Source of the DNA: Macrostomum lignano
Lineage: Eukaryota
Reading direction: 5' to 3'
Assembly: GCA_002269645.1 (NCBI GenBank)
Contig: NIVC01003396.1
Location: 1 to 64,000 of the forward strand
Length of the DNA stretch: 64,000 bases
In this document: positions 27,151 through 37,961 of the stretch, piece by piece
Position numbering within the stretch: the first letter of the stretch is position 1
Layout: the number at the start of each line of letters is the position of its first letter
Made by a program: the position numbers and the translations under genes
Notes under the pieces: model-generated
What the model was told of the DNA's origin: nothing
The model's database searches: none
What the model saw: the letters and a program-made list of their open reading frames with translations, nothing else

Positions 27151-27881
27151 GGGTGGCTAAAATTATTGTCTGCAATACTCCATAGTGTATACGTAATTCC
27201 GAGTCGTACGGCATGCGCATACGATAGGAATTCACATTTTCCAAATGCACTTTTTTATCAGGCATTCCAAAATATCTGCTTGCAAGAAGCTCGATAAGAT
27301 GGAATCATCGAGTTTCTGCGGTAATGATTTCTCTTCCAACAGGAAAAAATCCCAGGGCAGTCGAGCGGTCACATGCAGCTGGCTTGACGGGAGTTCGAAT
27401 CCCTGAGGATTTTGGCGCCAGCAGAGTTGCCATGCAACTCAGACACAAAACAACTCTGTAAGGGAAAATATATATCTCTGTGGGATTCGATTCGGGAAGC
27501 TGGAGTTTGGCTCCCTCTCTCCCGGGAAAATTGGCCTCATCAACCATCGGCCGAGTCGGCAAAATAAAAGTAAAATATATTTCTTGAGGCTGCTCGAGCC
27601 TCTCAGAACTTGGACCGACTGTTGCACTTTGACCTCAGCTTCTCGGTGCCGAGAGTGGGTGAGTGGAAGGGAGGTATTCGATCTGGAAACTGACTTCTCC
27701 TGGTGCTCTTATCTCTGCTTCATCCCAGCCCGCTTCTGGAGTCTGTGTGTTTGTGTGCCTGTCTGTCTGCCTGTCTGTCTGCCTCTCTGTCTGTCTGTCT
27801 CTTAGGGAGAGGTGCAGTGGCGTACGCACGCACTAATTTTAATTGGAGGGCGCTGCAGATAAGGAATATCAATTTTTAGTG

Positions 27882-28735
27882 TCTTGGTTGGCGCCCCTGT
27901 CTCTTGGTTGGCGCCCCTGTCTCTAGGTTGGTGCCCCTGTTTCTTGGTTGGCGCCCCTGTCTCTTGGTTGGCGCCCCTGTCTCTTGGTTGGCGCCCCTGT
28001 CTCTTGGTTGGCGCCCCTGTCTCTTGGTTGGCGCCCCTGTCTCTTGGTTGGCGCCCCTGTCTCTGGGTTGGCGCCCCTGTCTCTTGGTTGGCGCCCCTGT
28101 CTCTTGGTTGGCGCCCCTGTCTCTGGGTTGGTGCCCCTGTCTCTTGGTTGGCGCCCCTGTCTCTTGGTTGGCGCCCCTGTCTCTTGGTGGGTGCCCCTGT
28201 CTCTGGGTTGGCGCCCCTGTCTCTTGGTTGGCGCCCCTGTCTCTAGGTTGGTGCCCCTGTTTCTTGGTTGGCGCCCCTGTCTCTGGGTTGGTGCCCCTGT
28301 CTCTGGGTTGGCGCCCCTGTCTCTTGGTTGGTGCCCCTGTCTCTGGGTTGGCGCCCCTGTCTCTTGGTTGGCGCCCCTATCTCTTGGTTGGCGCCCCTGT
28401 CTCTGGGTTGGTGCCCCTGTCTCTGGGTTGGCGCCCCTGTCTCTTGGTTGGCGCCCCTGTCTCTGGGTTGGCGCCCCTGTCTCTTGGTTGGCGCCCCTGT
28501 CTCTTGGTTGGCGCCCCTGTCTCTGGGTTGGCGCCCCTGTCTCTTGGTTGGCGCCCCTGTCTCTTGGTTGGCGCCCCTGTCTCTTGGTTGGCGCCCCTGT
28601 TTTTGGGTTGGTGCCCCTGTCTTTTGGTGGGCGCCCCTGTCTCTTGATGGGCGCCCCTGTCTCTTGGTTGGTGCCCCTGTCTCTTAGTGGGCGCCCCTGT
28701 CTCTTGGTTGGCGCCCCTGTCTCTTGGTTGGCGCC
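27882..28735. repeat. 20-bp minisatellite family B, locus 2 (inverted)
   Basis: (ctcttggttggcgcccctgt)n is the reverse complement of the ccaacc variant of the 15160 unit. Confidence 0.97.
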
Positions 28736-31700
28736 CGGCTCTAGGCTCCCAGGCCGTAGATGCCACGTACAAATAGAGGTGGCAAAAGTTGAGCTTCTGT
28801 CATTCGTCAAGCTTGGCTGCCTCTTCATTTGGAGGAGCGCACTTTTTCTGGAGCCGATTGCGGGGGTCCGCCCCCCCCCCCTAAACTGCATGTATGACTC
28901 CTCAATCTAAAAATAGATTTAATCCAATTATAAAACCTGACTATTAATATCTATTGAAAATGTAATAATTACTCAGACTATGACTGTCTATATTCATGTT
29001 ATATATAGCCTACACGATTCTGTGCGTGCATTCATATACTGTATATAGATTCGTCAACAAAGACCAATATATGTAGAATATATTTAGCTCTTTCAGTGAA
29101 CACTGAATTGATCAATAGGCTTGACCTGCCCTATACATGTATACCCCCCCCCCTACCAAAATTATATACTGAGATAAATAATTAGTCATTTTGGCGCAGC
29201 TGTCAGTCAAAACCAGTCAGTCAAAAGCAGTTGCTGAAATTAATGAGCTGCATGCTACAAGTACATATACGTTTAATTTACGCTCGTAGAAAACTTTATG
29301 ACAAATTATTCATATACTATAGAATGCATGTATTGTATGTGTTCGATGTTAAATCTACAGTAAATATTTAAAAGCTACATATAATGTTTCATGTAAATTT
29401 TAGATGATTTATAGTTGTTTTTTCTGGTGTTATCTATTCTTCTTTTGTTAGAATTATGCACGTCGTGCTTCTAATTAGTTCTTAGTTTAATCAAAGCGCG
29501 GGAAATGCCACGCGTTTAACTTTATGCCCTCCTAAATTCATTGTTCAATCCACATGCGAAAACACTACTGCATGCACATATATGTAGAATCATACAAACA
29601 TAAATTGTTAATGCTATGAAACATCCTATCAAAAGTACGCTCACCTGTCTCGCAGTTCGCAGCCAATCAAATCATAGGAATTCGCTGACCCAAAAATGCT
29701 ATTTTTCAAGGAATTAATCAATCAGTACCATGGAGTGTGTCACCCAAACGCGCGAACTTTGTCAAACGCGAACCACATGAATAATTCATTTCACCATACA
29801 TGGCAACCATTTCGCAAAAGGCACTAATCGCAGCAATAGTGTTACATATGTATTTTCGCTAGTAGCAACCTAAACTCTGCCCCTTCAACCTTGTCAAAAA
29901 CCAAAAGCTGACCTTTTGACATTATCATGCACTTTTGAGCTTGTAGCTTTGCACTCAATGAATTACTTACACGTTATTTCCCTGCAAAATATACTATAAT
30001 ACAAGTGTGGTTTCACAGAAGCCAAATATTTCAGAAAGCATTTTAATTTCACACAGGGCCCTAAGAAGAGGAGACGTCTTGATCAAACTGACCGCGACAC
30101 CGCAGCTTTAACGAACAATAAGAAACGAATACATACATATAAAGACGAAAGCAGCACTCGAACCCCATAGCTATAGGAAGCTAAATATATTCTTTCTAAT
30201 CTTAAACTGGATGCCCAGATTTATGTTCAGGAAGTGTTGAGTTTTCTTGAGTACAGTAGCTAGAGAGAATCCGGCCGATTGTTAAGTACACCTAAAAAAG
30301 TCTCCCCTCACGAATTCAACATGTGGCCATGAAACTTTCACAGCTGAAGAACACATGTTCCATGTAAATCAAAAGATCATTGTAATCTTCACTGGCCCAG
30401 ATCAAATGCAACAATTGATGTCTGAGACTTCAGATAAAAATTTATTTCTCCTATGTACGTGTACACGTACATGTATATATAAATATATGTGGTGTATTTT
30501 TTCTAGGAAACCGGCCTCTAAAAATCATACAGTTAAATATATTTGATCTGATCGACCTGAGTTACGCGCTCGTACGAATTTTTCTGACTACAGGCGAACA
30601 GGCGAATCCTAGTAGGCGATTGGACTGGATCCTCGTAAATATAGGTTCTTCCCTGGATGGTGCAACTAAATCGAAAAGTGACACATCGTACTAACTCAGC
30701 AATTGCATGACGACGATTTACTATAAAGAAATCATCAGCTATCACACTACAAGAACGTTGATGCCTCCTCACAGCTAGCCTCTTATAATGTTGCACAAAA
30801 AGGTGGCCAGAACGATAGTTGCGATATGAGAATTTCCTTTACTCTAGGCTAGCCAGCCTACACCACATAACCAGCAAAGCGGTTCTTATAGCTCTTTATT
30901 TCTTTTATTAGGCCACCAAAGAAAACCATATAAACTGATAGGATCCTCTAGTATCTAGGCTGAATTTGAATCATGAATAGGCCTTATTTGCTTTGTGTAA
31001 CTTTTAAGGCAAATAATTGGTTTTAAGACTTAGATTTTAGCCAACTGGATAATCCAGAGACCAATACAAAATGAGCAAGTTGAGATCTGAAAACTGTGCA
31101 AGAAAGAAAAAGCACCACTCTGGTTTGAGATGGGTGTCTATTTTATACAGATTGGCATTTTAACCCCCCCCCCTCACCACCAGTGGGGTGTCTTTGCACG
31201 GTTAGCAATGGCGGGGGTTTTAAGCAACAAAAATAAAAAACAAGTTCTATATAAATTTAGTTGGTTCTAGTAGGTGGCTAAGTGTGTGGGTTAGAGATTA
31301 TTTGAGGTTTTGCAAATCTATGTGTTGAATTAGATAAAATTTAGGATAGAAAGATTAAATAGAAAAAGAGCTTTGTTTTCTGTCTCTTAACTCTGTCCAT
31401 GGATGATTATACAGTCCTCTTTCTCTCTCTCTCTTGGTTGTCAAGCTATTTGGGGTTGATCTCGCCTTCTTAGATAGCTTTGGGTTGGATAGAAGTCTGT
31501 GGGTGGGCTGTGCAATTCTCTTCTGAAGTTTGCCAGGTTCTGATGCGTGCCACAGGCTGATTGCTCTTCTTGACATCATTGGTACATGCCATGGGCCAGT
31601 TGCTCTTTGATATAATTGCAGTTTAAATTGGGCCTCTCCTTGGTTTGCTTTTCCTAGCTGGTTTGAGCGCCATTGCCTGTGGCGGGATTTTGCTACTCAC

Positions 31701-32972
31701 TGAAATGGAAAGAGGCTTTATTAGATTTGGCCATTTAAATTTGACTTGACAGTTGATTAATTATCTTAAAGCTGCTTCTGTTTGCCATTCTAATAGCTAA
31801 CTAGGAGTTCCATTGTGCTATTCTATTTCACCCTTCACTGCGCCTAGGCATTTCATAATTTTGTGCATTCATATGCAACAGTCAGCCAAGTTGGCTGATC
31901 TGGCCAACTGATTTGGTGGCCAACCAAGATAAGTTGCAAAAATACCCACCCAAATAGATACCCAAGTAGTAATAAGTAGATGATGAGGCATTTTGCTTTA
32001 ATAAGACAGTCAGTTACTCCTGCCATTTACCCAAAGTTGCATTAATTTTGCTTTAAAATGTCACATTTTTTGTTAAAACTAAATCACATGGCTAACTGAA
32101 TTTTGGAGGTTGCACATATGATTTTGTACCTATCTTCTAACTTAGGGTAAAAACTTTAGATTTCTTACTTTTATAGGTAAAATATCTATATATTTTAGCT
32201 AGTTGCTACATTTTTAAGATCTATTTTTGTTGTCACATGGGCCTCTTGTTAATTTTCCTTATCAATGTTGAGTTCAATGCCAAAAGCAATGTTTTCAAAG
32301 TATACTAGCAGACACTGCATATTTATTAGCCTAGGCCTATTATATTGCATTGAAAGTCCAAGACTCTATAGTTTTTCATGTAGTGCCTTTACAATATATG
32401 AGGCACATCTATCAGAGCTATACTGCCCAAGTAAACTTGAGTTAGTATGACAGCAAAAAATTAACAATCCATGGCAAAATTGATATCAATGGGATACTAT
32501 GGCTAGGTATTGCCTACCACCTTAGATCAATATCATCCTACCACAGAGTATAAGCAAGTGGGAGGGCAAGAGAGTAGAAAAACTGCACCTAAATCGAATC
32601 TTAAACCTGTTTCTACAGGTGTTTGTACCCATGCAAACCAAGTCAACTTAAATATAATTATTTTAGTTCTAAGTAGTCTAACCAATTATAAAAGAATTAT
32701 ACTCTTGAAATATTTTATACTTCAAAGCTAACAATTAAGATAATATTTTGATTGTTTTTTGAATTTTTTTTATAACTAAAAAGTGAGTTTATTTGAGTCT
32801 AGAACTAAATTTAAATTTGCATTTTTTAGGTTGAGTATGTATATAATTTTGAATTGACACAAAAAGTATAATCCATTTTATTGGCACTGATTATTTAATT
32901 TCTGTATGACAAATATTTAGATTATTGTATTCTCATTCATGAAAAGCAAAATCTTTATATAGATGTTGAAAA

Positions 32973-35694
32973 ATGATCTGCCAGCTTGTGTGTCTTTTGT
33001 TTATTTCGACTGCTTCTCCAGTATTGTCTGCAGTTCCTCAGACAGTCTATGGAGATCTCTTAGCTAATGTTCTTAACCCAAATACCTATCTTAAGACTGC
33101 AATGCCAATATGCAATCATGGTGAAAAACTTCACGTTGGCCAGGATATGATTCTGTACCAGCTCTATGACCTGGAAGAGCCAACTCAGATGCTTACTGTA
33201 AGTGCATTTCAATTTTTAAATACCAATATTGATAAAATATTTTTGTCTATATCTCATCTGTCCATCTGAACCCCAACATGTATCCGAATCTTTAAACCTT
33301 TTCATTTCCCATCTTATCGATCCAATGTGCGCAGCCCAGTCTTCAACTCCTTCCTCCCACCACCCCATCTTATTGCTCAAATAAGCGCTGCCCACTGCCC
33401 AGCCTTCAACCCCTTCCCCCCCCCCATTTCCCCCATCCCCCACCACCCCATCTTATCGCTCCAATTTGCGCAGCCCAGCCTTCAACCCCTTCCCCCCACC
33501 ACCCCATCTTACCGCTCCAATGTACGCAGCCCAGTCTTCAACCCCTTCCCCCACCACCCCCATCTTATCGCTCCAGTGTACGCAGCCCAGCCTTCAACCC
33601 CTTCCCCCACCACCCCGTCTTATCGCTCCAGTGTACGCAGCCCAGCCTTCAACCCCTTCCCCCCACCACCCCCATCTTATCGCTCTAATGTACGCAGCCC
33701 AGCCTTCAACCCAGATGTGCTTCAACCCCTTCCCTCACCACACCATCTTATCGCTCCAACGCGCTGTTACCCGTCTAACTTTGCCATCTCTTAATGGCAC
33801 AAAGATTTTTAATTAGTCCAATCCCCAATCTAGGTAGACGTATGGGTTGAGTCAACCTGGCGAGACTGTCGCCTCACCTGGGACCCGGCTGCCTATCACA
33901 ACGTGACGAGTTTCGCTGTGAAAGCCACTGAGATCTGGCATCCGGATTTGGTGTTCTTCGAATCTTTGCACGGCAATTTCGCCGAAGCTCTTGGCGTCCT
34001 TGGCCAGTCGACTGCTAGGGTTAGATATGACGGCATGGTGGAGCTCGGCTCCCAGATGCTCATTAACACTTTCTGCAGGGTAGACCTCCGCCTTTATCCG
34101 TTCGATAAGCAGCGCTGCAACATCACGTTCGCCTCGTGGAGCAAAGATAATCGAACTTTTGTCCTGAGGAAGAAAGTGGACTCAGGAACCGGGGCCGATC
34201 ACGCTTTCAAGGCGGCTAGCAACGGAGCCTGGCTGGTTGAAGGCTTCCCGGCGTTTAATAAAATTGTCCAGCGCAAGGTTGGGTTGAATGAGAGCGCCGA
34301 GCCGGCCTGGTTTACCGAGGTCACCTTCCAGCTGCGGCTGCGCAGGAAGCCGCTCTATCATCAGGTGGGTCAGGGGGCTGCTGCCAGGTTGTGAATAACT
34401 AGATAAGCATCCAGGGTCCGAAAAATAATAATTAGATCAGCATCCAGATTCGGTGAATAATAATAATTACCAGGGTCGTAAATAATAGTAAATCGATCAA
34501 CAATTCAGAGTCGGTAACTAATAATAATTTGATAAGCATCCAGGGTCCGAAAAAAATTATATAAGCATCTAGGGTCCGAAAAATAATAATCAGATAAGCA
34601 TCCAGGGTCCGAAAAGTAATAATCAGATAGGCATCCAGGGTCTGAAAAGTAATAATCTGACAAACATCCAGGGTCCGAAAAGTAATAATTATATAAGCAT
34701 ATAGGGTTGTGAATAATAATAATTAGATAAGCATCCAGGGTCGGTGAATAATAATAATTAGATAAGCATCCAGGGTCGGTGAATAATAATAATTAGATAA
34801 GCATCCAGGGTCGTTAATAAAAATAATTTGATAAGCATCCAGGGTTGTGAATAATAATAATTTGATAAGGATCCAGGGTCCGAAAAGTAATAATTAGATA
34901 AGCATCCAGGGTTGTGAATAATAATCAATAGATAAGCATCCAGGGTCGGAATAATAAAATTTAATAAGCACTCAGGCCCGTTAAAAACGTTTCTATGTCA
35001 AGAATCGCTAAATAGTCAAGCAACTCACTAGTGACTCTGGGGAGGGGGGGGCGGCGACTCTGGTGACAAGAGTGACAAGAGTTGACTCTTGTGACATTTA
35101 TTATCCTACACTATATAGTACTAATCAGTAGTACAAATCTCGCTAATCCCCAACCAGGCCTACATGGTGTTTCCATGCGCTCTGCTCACCTGGCTAGCCC
35201 TGCTAGTTTACCTGTTGCCAGCCGAGTCCGGAGAGAAAATCGGTTACGTAACCACACTGCTTCTGTCGCTGGTTGTATTCCTACTGATGCTGGCTGACAA
35301 TATACCCAGGTCTGGCGATTGCGTCCCCATACTTGGCCAATACTTTGTCATGTGTGTCCTGTTAGTAGCACTGGCTAATGTTAGCACCGTACTCAGCTAC
35401 AGTCTCAGTCTGCGTAGCGACGAGTTCTCGCCGCCGAAATTGTTGCTGGCCTGCCTGTCTCTGGCTGGCCTGTGCGGACTGCAGTTCCGCTGCGATGGCG
35501 GCTGGAGGCTGTTCACTTTCTCTAGGCGGCAGCTCATGCCCAGCCGCAACGGTGGCGCCAAACAGCTGAGCAACAGCGACAAATGGCGCCTGTTGGGCAT
35601 TGTGTGCGACCGGTTCTGCCTGCTGGTGTACGGCGTGCTGTGCACCGCACTAACCATCTGGATTGCCGGCTTTTCTAACGAGACTGAGGACTGA
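32973..35694 (+). CDS. Cys-loop ligand-gated ion channel subunit, nicotinic acetylcholine receptor-like, non-alpha type, predicted cation-selective; 3 exons, 430 aa
   Basis: Exons 32973-33197, 33834-34364 and 35158-35694, all phase 0 (ACT|gtaagt, ctag|GTA, CAG|gtgggt, caaccag|GCC). Signal peptide; IWHPDL; Cys-loop CRVDLRLYPFDKQRC; RRKPLY before M1; PAESGEKI M1-M2 linker; four TM helices; WRLLGIVCDR before M4. Confidence 0.95.
33320..33760. repeat. ~55-60-bp C-rich minisatellite in intron 1 of the Cys-loop gene
   Basis: Unit cccatcttatcgctccagtgtacgcagcccagccttcaaccccttcccccaccac, about 7 copies. Confidence 0.9.
34400..34960. repeat. ~33-bp minisatellite (gataagcatccagggtccgaaaagtaataatta)n in intron 2 of the Cys-loop gene
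   Basis: About 16 diverged copies. Confidence 0.9.
34977..35095 (-). mobile_element. Truncated end of the CCC...GGG non-autonomous DNA transposon family
   Basis: cccgttaaaaacgtttctatgtcaagaatcgctaaatagtcaagcaactcactagtgac matches the reverse complement of ~53755-53814. Confidence 0.7.
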
Positions 35695-35844
35695 TTGATT
35701 TGGAAAAATGAGGAGTAATGATTGACGTTGAAATTTTATAGATTTCAGTTATTGATTACACGCATGCTATGCTAATTATATCAAATTTACTTTCATTTTT
35801 ATGAGACTTTGATTGGATTTTCTGTTGAAGCCTTCAAAAAACGT

Positions 35845-36462
35845 AAGCCTCCCAGATCCTCAGTTGCTGGGCCACCAGCCTCCCAGATCGTTAGTTGCTG
35901 GGCCAGCCTCCAGATCTTCAGTTGCTGGGCCAGCCTCCCAGATCTTCAGTTGTTGGGCCAGGCTTCCAGATCTTCAGTTGCTGGGCCAGCCTCCCAGATC
36001 TTTAGTTGCTGGGCCACCAGCCTCCCACATCTTCAGTTGCTGGGCCAGCCTCCCAGATCATCAGTTGTTGGGCCAGCCTCCCAGATCATCAGTTGCTGGG
36101 CCAGCCTCCCAGAGTGTCAGTTGCTGGGCCAGCCTCCCAGATCTTTAGTTGCTGGGCCAGCCTCCCACATCTTCAGTTGTTGGGCCAGCCTCCCAGATCG
36201 TTAGTTGCTGGGCCAGCCTCCAGATCTTCAGTTGCTGGGCCAGCCTCCCAGATCTTTAGTTGCTGGGCCACCAGCCTCCCACATCTTCAGTTGCTGGGCC
36301 AGCCTCCCAGATCATCAGTTGTTGGGCCAGCCTCCCAGATCATCAGTTGCTGGGCCAGCCTCCCAGAGTGTCAGTTGCTGGGCCAGCCTCCCAGATCCTC
36401 AGTTGCTGGGCCAGCCTCCCAGATCCTCAGTTGCTGGGCCAGCCTCCCAGATCGTCAGTTGC
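35845..36462. repeat. 28-bp minisatellite (gttgctgggccagcctcccagatcttca)n, family C, array 1
   Basis: Read directly; starts 150 bp after the Cys-loop stop codon. Confidence 0.96.
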
Positions 36463-37261
36463 TAAAAGTGTGGTTGGCAACAAATTATCAATTTAATCGC
36501 TTAATCTCAGTTTTTATATCTATTTTCATCATCGGCTTCCTGTTATCACAATTATAAGAAGAATCACATCTTCTCAAACAACTAATCTTTAGTTAAATGG
36601 ATTTCTGATTTTGACTCTATATTGCATGATATTTTACAAGATCATTAATACTGACATTAAGAAGTGATTTCGCCTTTATTGTATGTCGTTATCAGAAACA
36701 AAAACATTTTTTTCTTCAATCATTCTTAGAAAAGGAATTTTGCGAAACAAAAATTTGTAGAAGAAAATTAGATTTTTTTAAAATAATTCTAAATATTCTC
36801 GTATTATTTTTCAAATAAGCATCTATGCTACTTGATATTCTCTCTCTGTGTAAGTAGAATAAGCGTGCACTATCTCTATATTTTTATTCTTGTTTTAAAT
36901 GTGTTTCTGCCGACAAAATTTTTTTCAAGTGTCGCAGCTTTTGTTTTCCCAGTAGCCTGCAGCTTAAAGATATCAGACAGGGTCCTGATCCATATTCATG
37001 CTTTACTTCTTCAAATTTCTTTTTTTCTTCTGTTTGCCTATCTATCGGCTTTTGAAACACTTTTTCCCCGACGACAAACTCAATACCCCCAAATCCGACA
37101 AGTTCAATAAAATCAACGCATCAGGATACAGCTTTGAAGTTTTCGAATAAGAACTTTGTGCTATGAAATCTGTGAAACAAATCAATGTGTTAGAATATTT
37201 ATTTTTGTGTTCACGCAAGTAAATTTGAAAAAAAATTATGCTGGAATTTCAGACTTGACCA

Positions 37262-37700
37262 CCGCCAGCCTCCCAGAGTGTCAGTTGCTGGGCCAGCCTC
37301 TCAGATCCTCAGTTGCTGGGCAACCAGCCTCCCAGATCTTCAGTTGCTGGGCCAGCCTCCCAGATCCTCAGTTGCTGGGCCAACCTCCCAGAGTGTCAGT
37401 TGCTGGGCCAGCCTCCCAGATCCTCAGTTGCTGGGCAACCAGCCTCCCAGATCTTCAGTTGCTGGGCCAGCCTCCCAGATCCTCAGTTGCTGGGCCGGCC
37501 TCCCAGAGTGTCAGTTGCTGGGCCGGCCTCCCAGAGTGTCAGTTGCTGGGCCGGCCTCCCAGAGTGTCAGTTGCTGGGCCGGCCTCCCAGAGTGTCAGTT
37601 GCTGGGCCAGCCTCCCAGATCCTCAGTTGCTGGGCCGGCCTCTCAGATCCTCAGTTGCTGGGCCAGCCTCTCAGATCCTCAGTTGCTCTGCCAACCTCCC
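37262..37700. repeat. 28-bp minisatellite family C, array 2 (same orientation)
   Basis: Same unit, including the shared ccagagtgtcag variant; separated from array 1 by ~800 bp of AT-rich sequence. Confidence 0.96.
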
Positions 37701-37961
37701 AAGATCGGGTTATTGCGCGCCTTTCCATTAACATGGATTACACTTTAGGGTTTAGTCAATTTCTGTTAGAGTCAAGTAATAAAATGGTAACGACAGCAAA
37801 ACACGAAGCACGAGTTAACCGAAGTAATAAAAGGTTGCATTTATTTTATCGATAATTGCAGTTATTGTTAATTACAATATTATAAGCGGGAAATAAGCAT
37901 TGGAATTGAAGTTAAATATTGCACACTCTAGCAGATAGGTTAAGCATTGCTGTACACACGG

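Noticed and set aside
27360-27410. Possible tRNA gene
   Set aside because: The T-stem does not pair properly and no cloverleaf can be drawn; at most a SINE-like head.
29990-30800. Short open stretch TEAKYFRKHFNFTQGPKKRRRLDQ... with an NLS-like motif, and nearby small ORFs
   Set aside because: Interrupted by stops, with no recognisable domain or consistent splice chain; possibly a dead transposon but not supportable.
31355-31710. Minus-strand open stretch VAKSRHRQWRSNQLGK...
   Set aside because: No recognisable family and no start or splice evidence.
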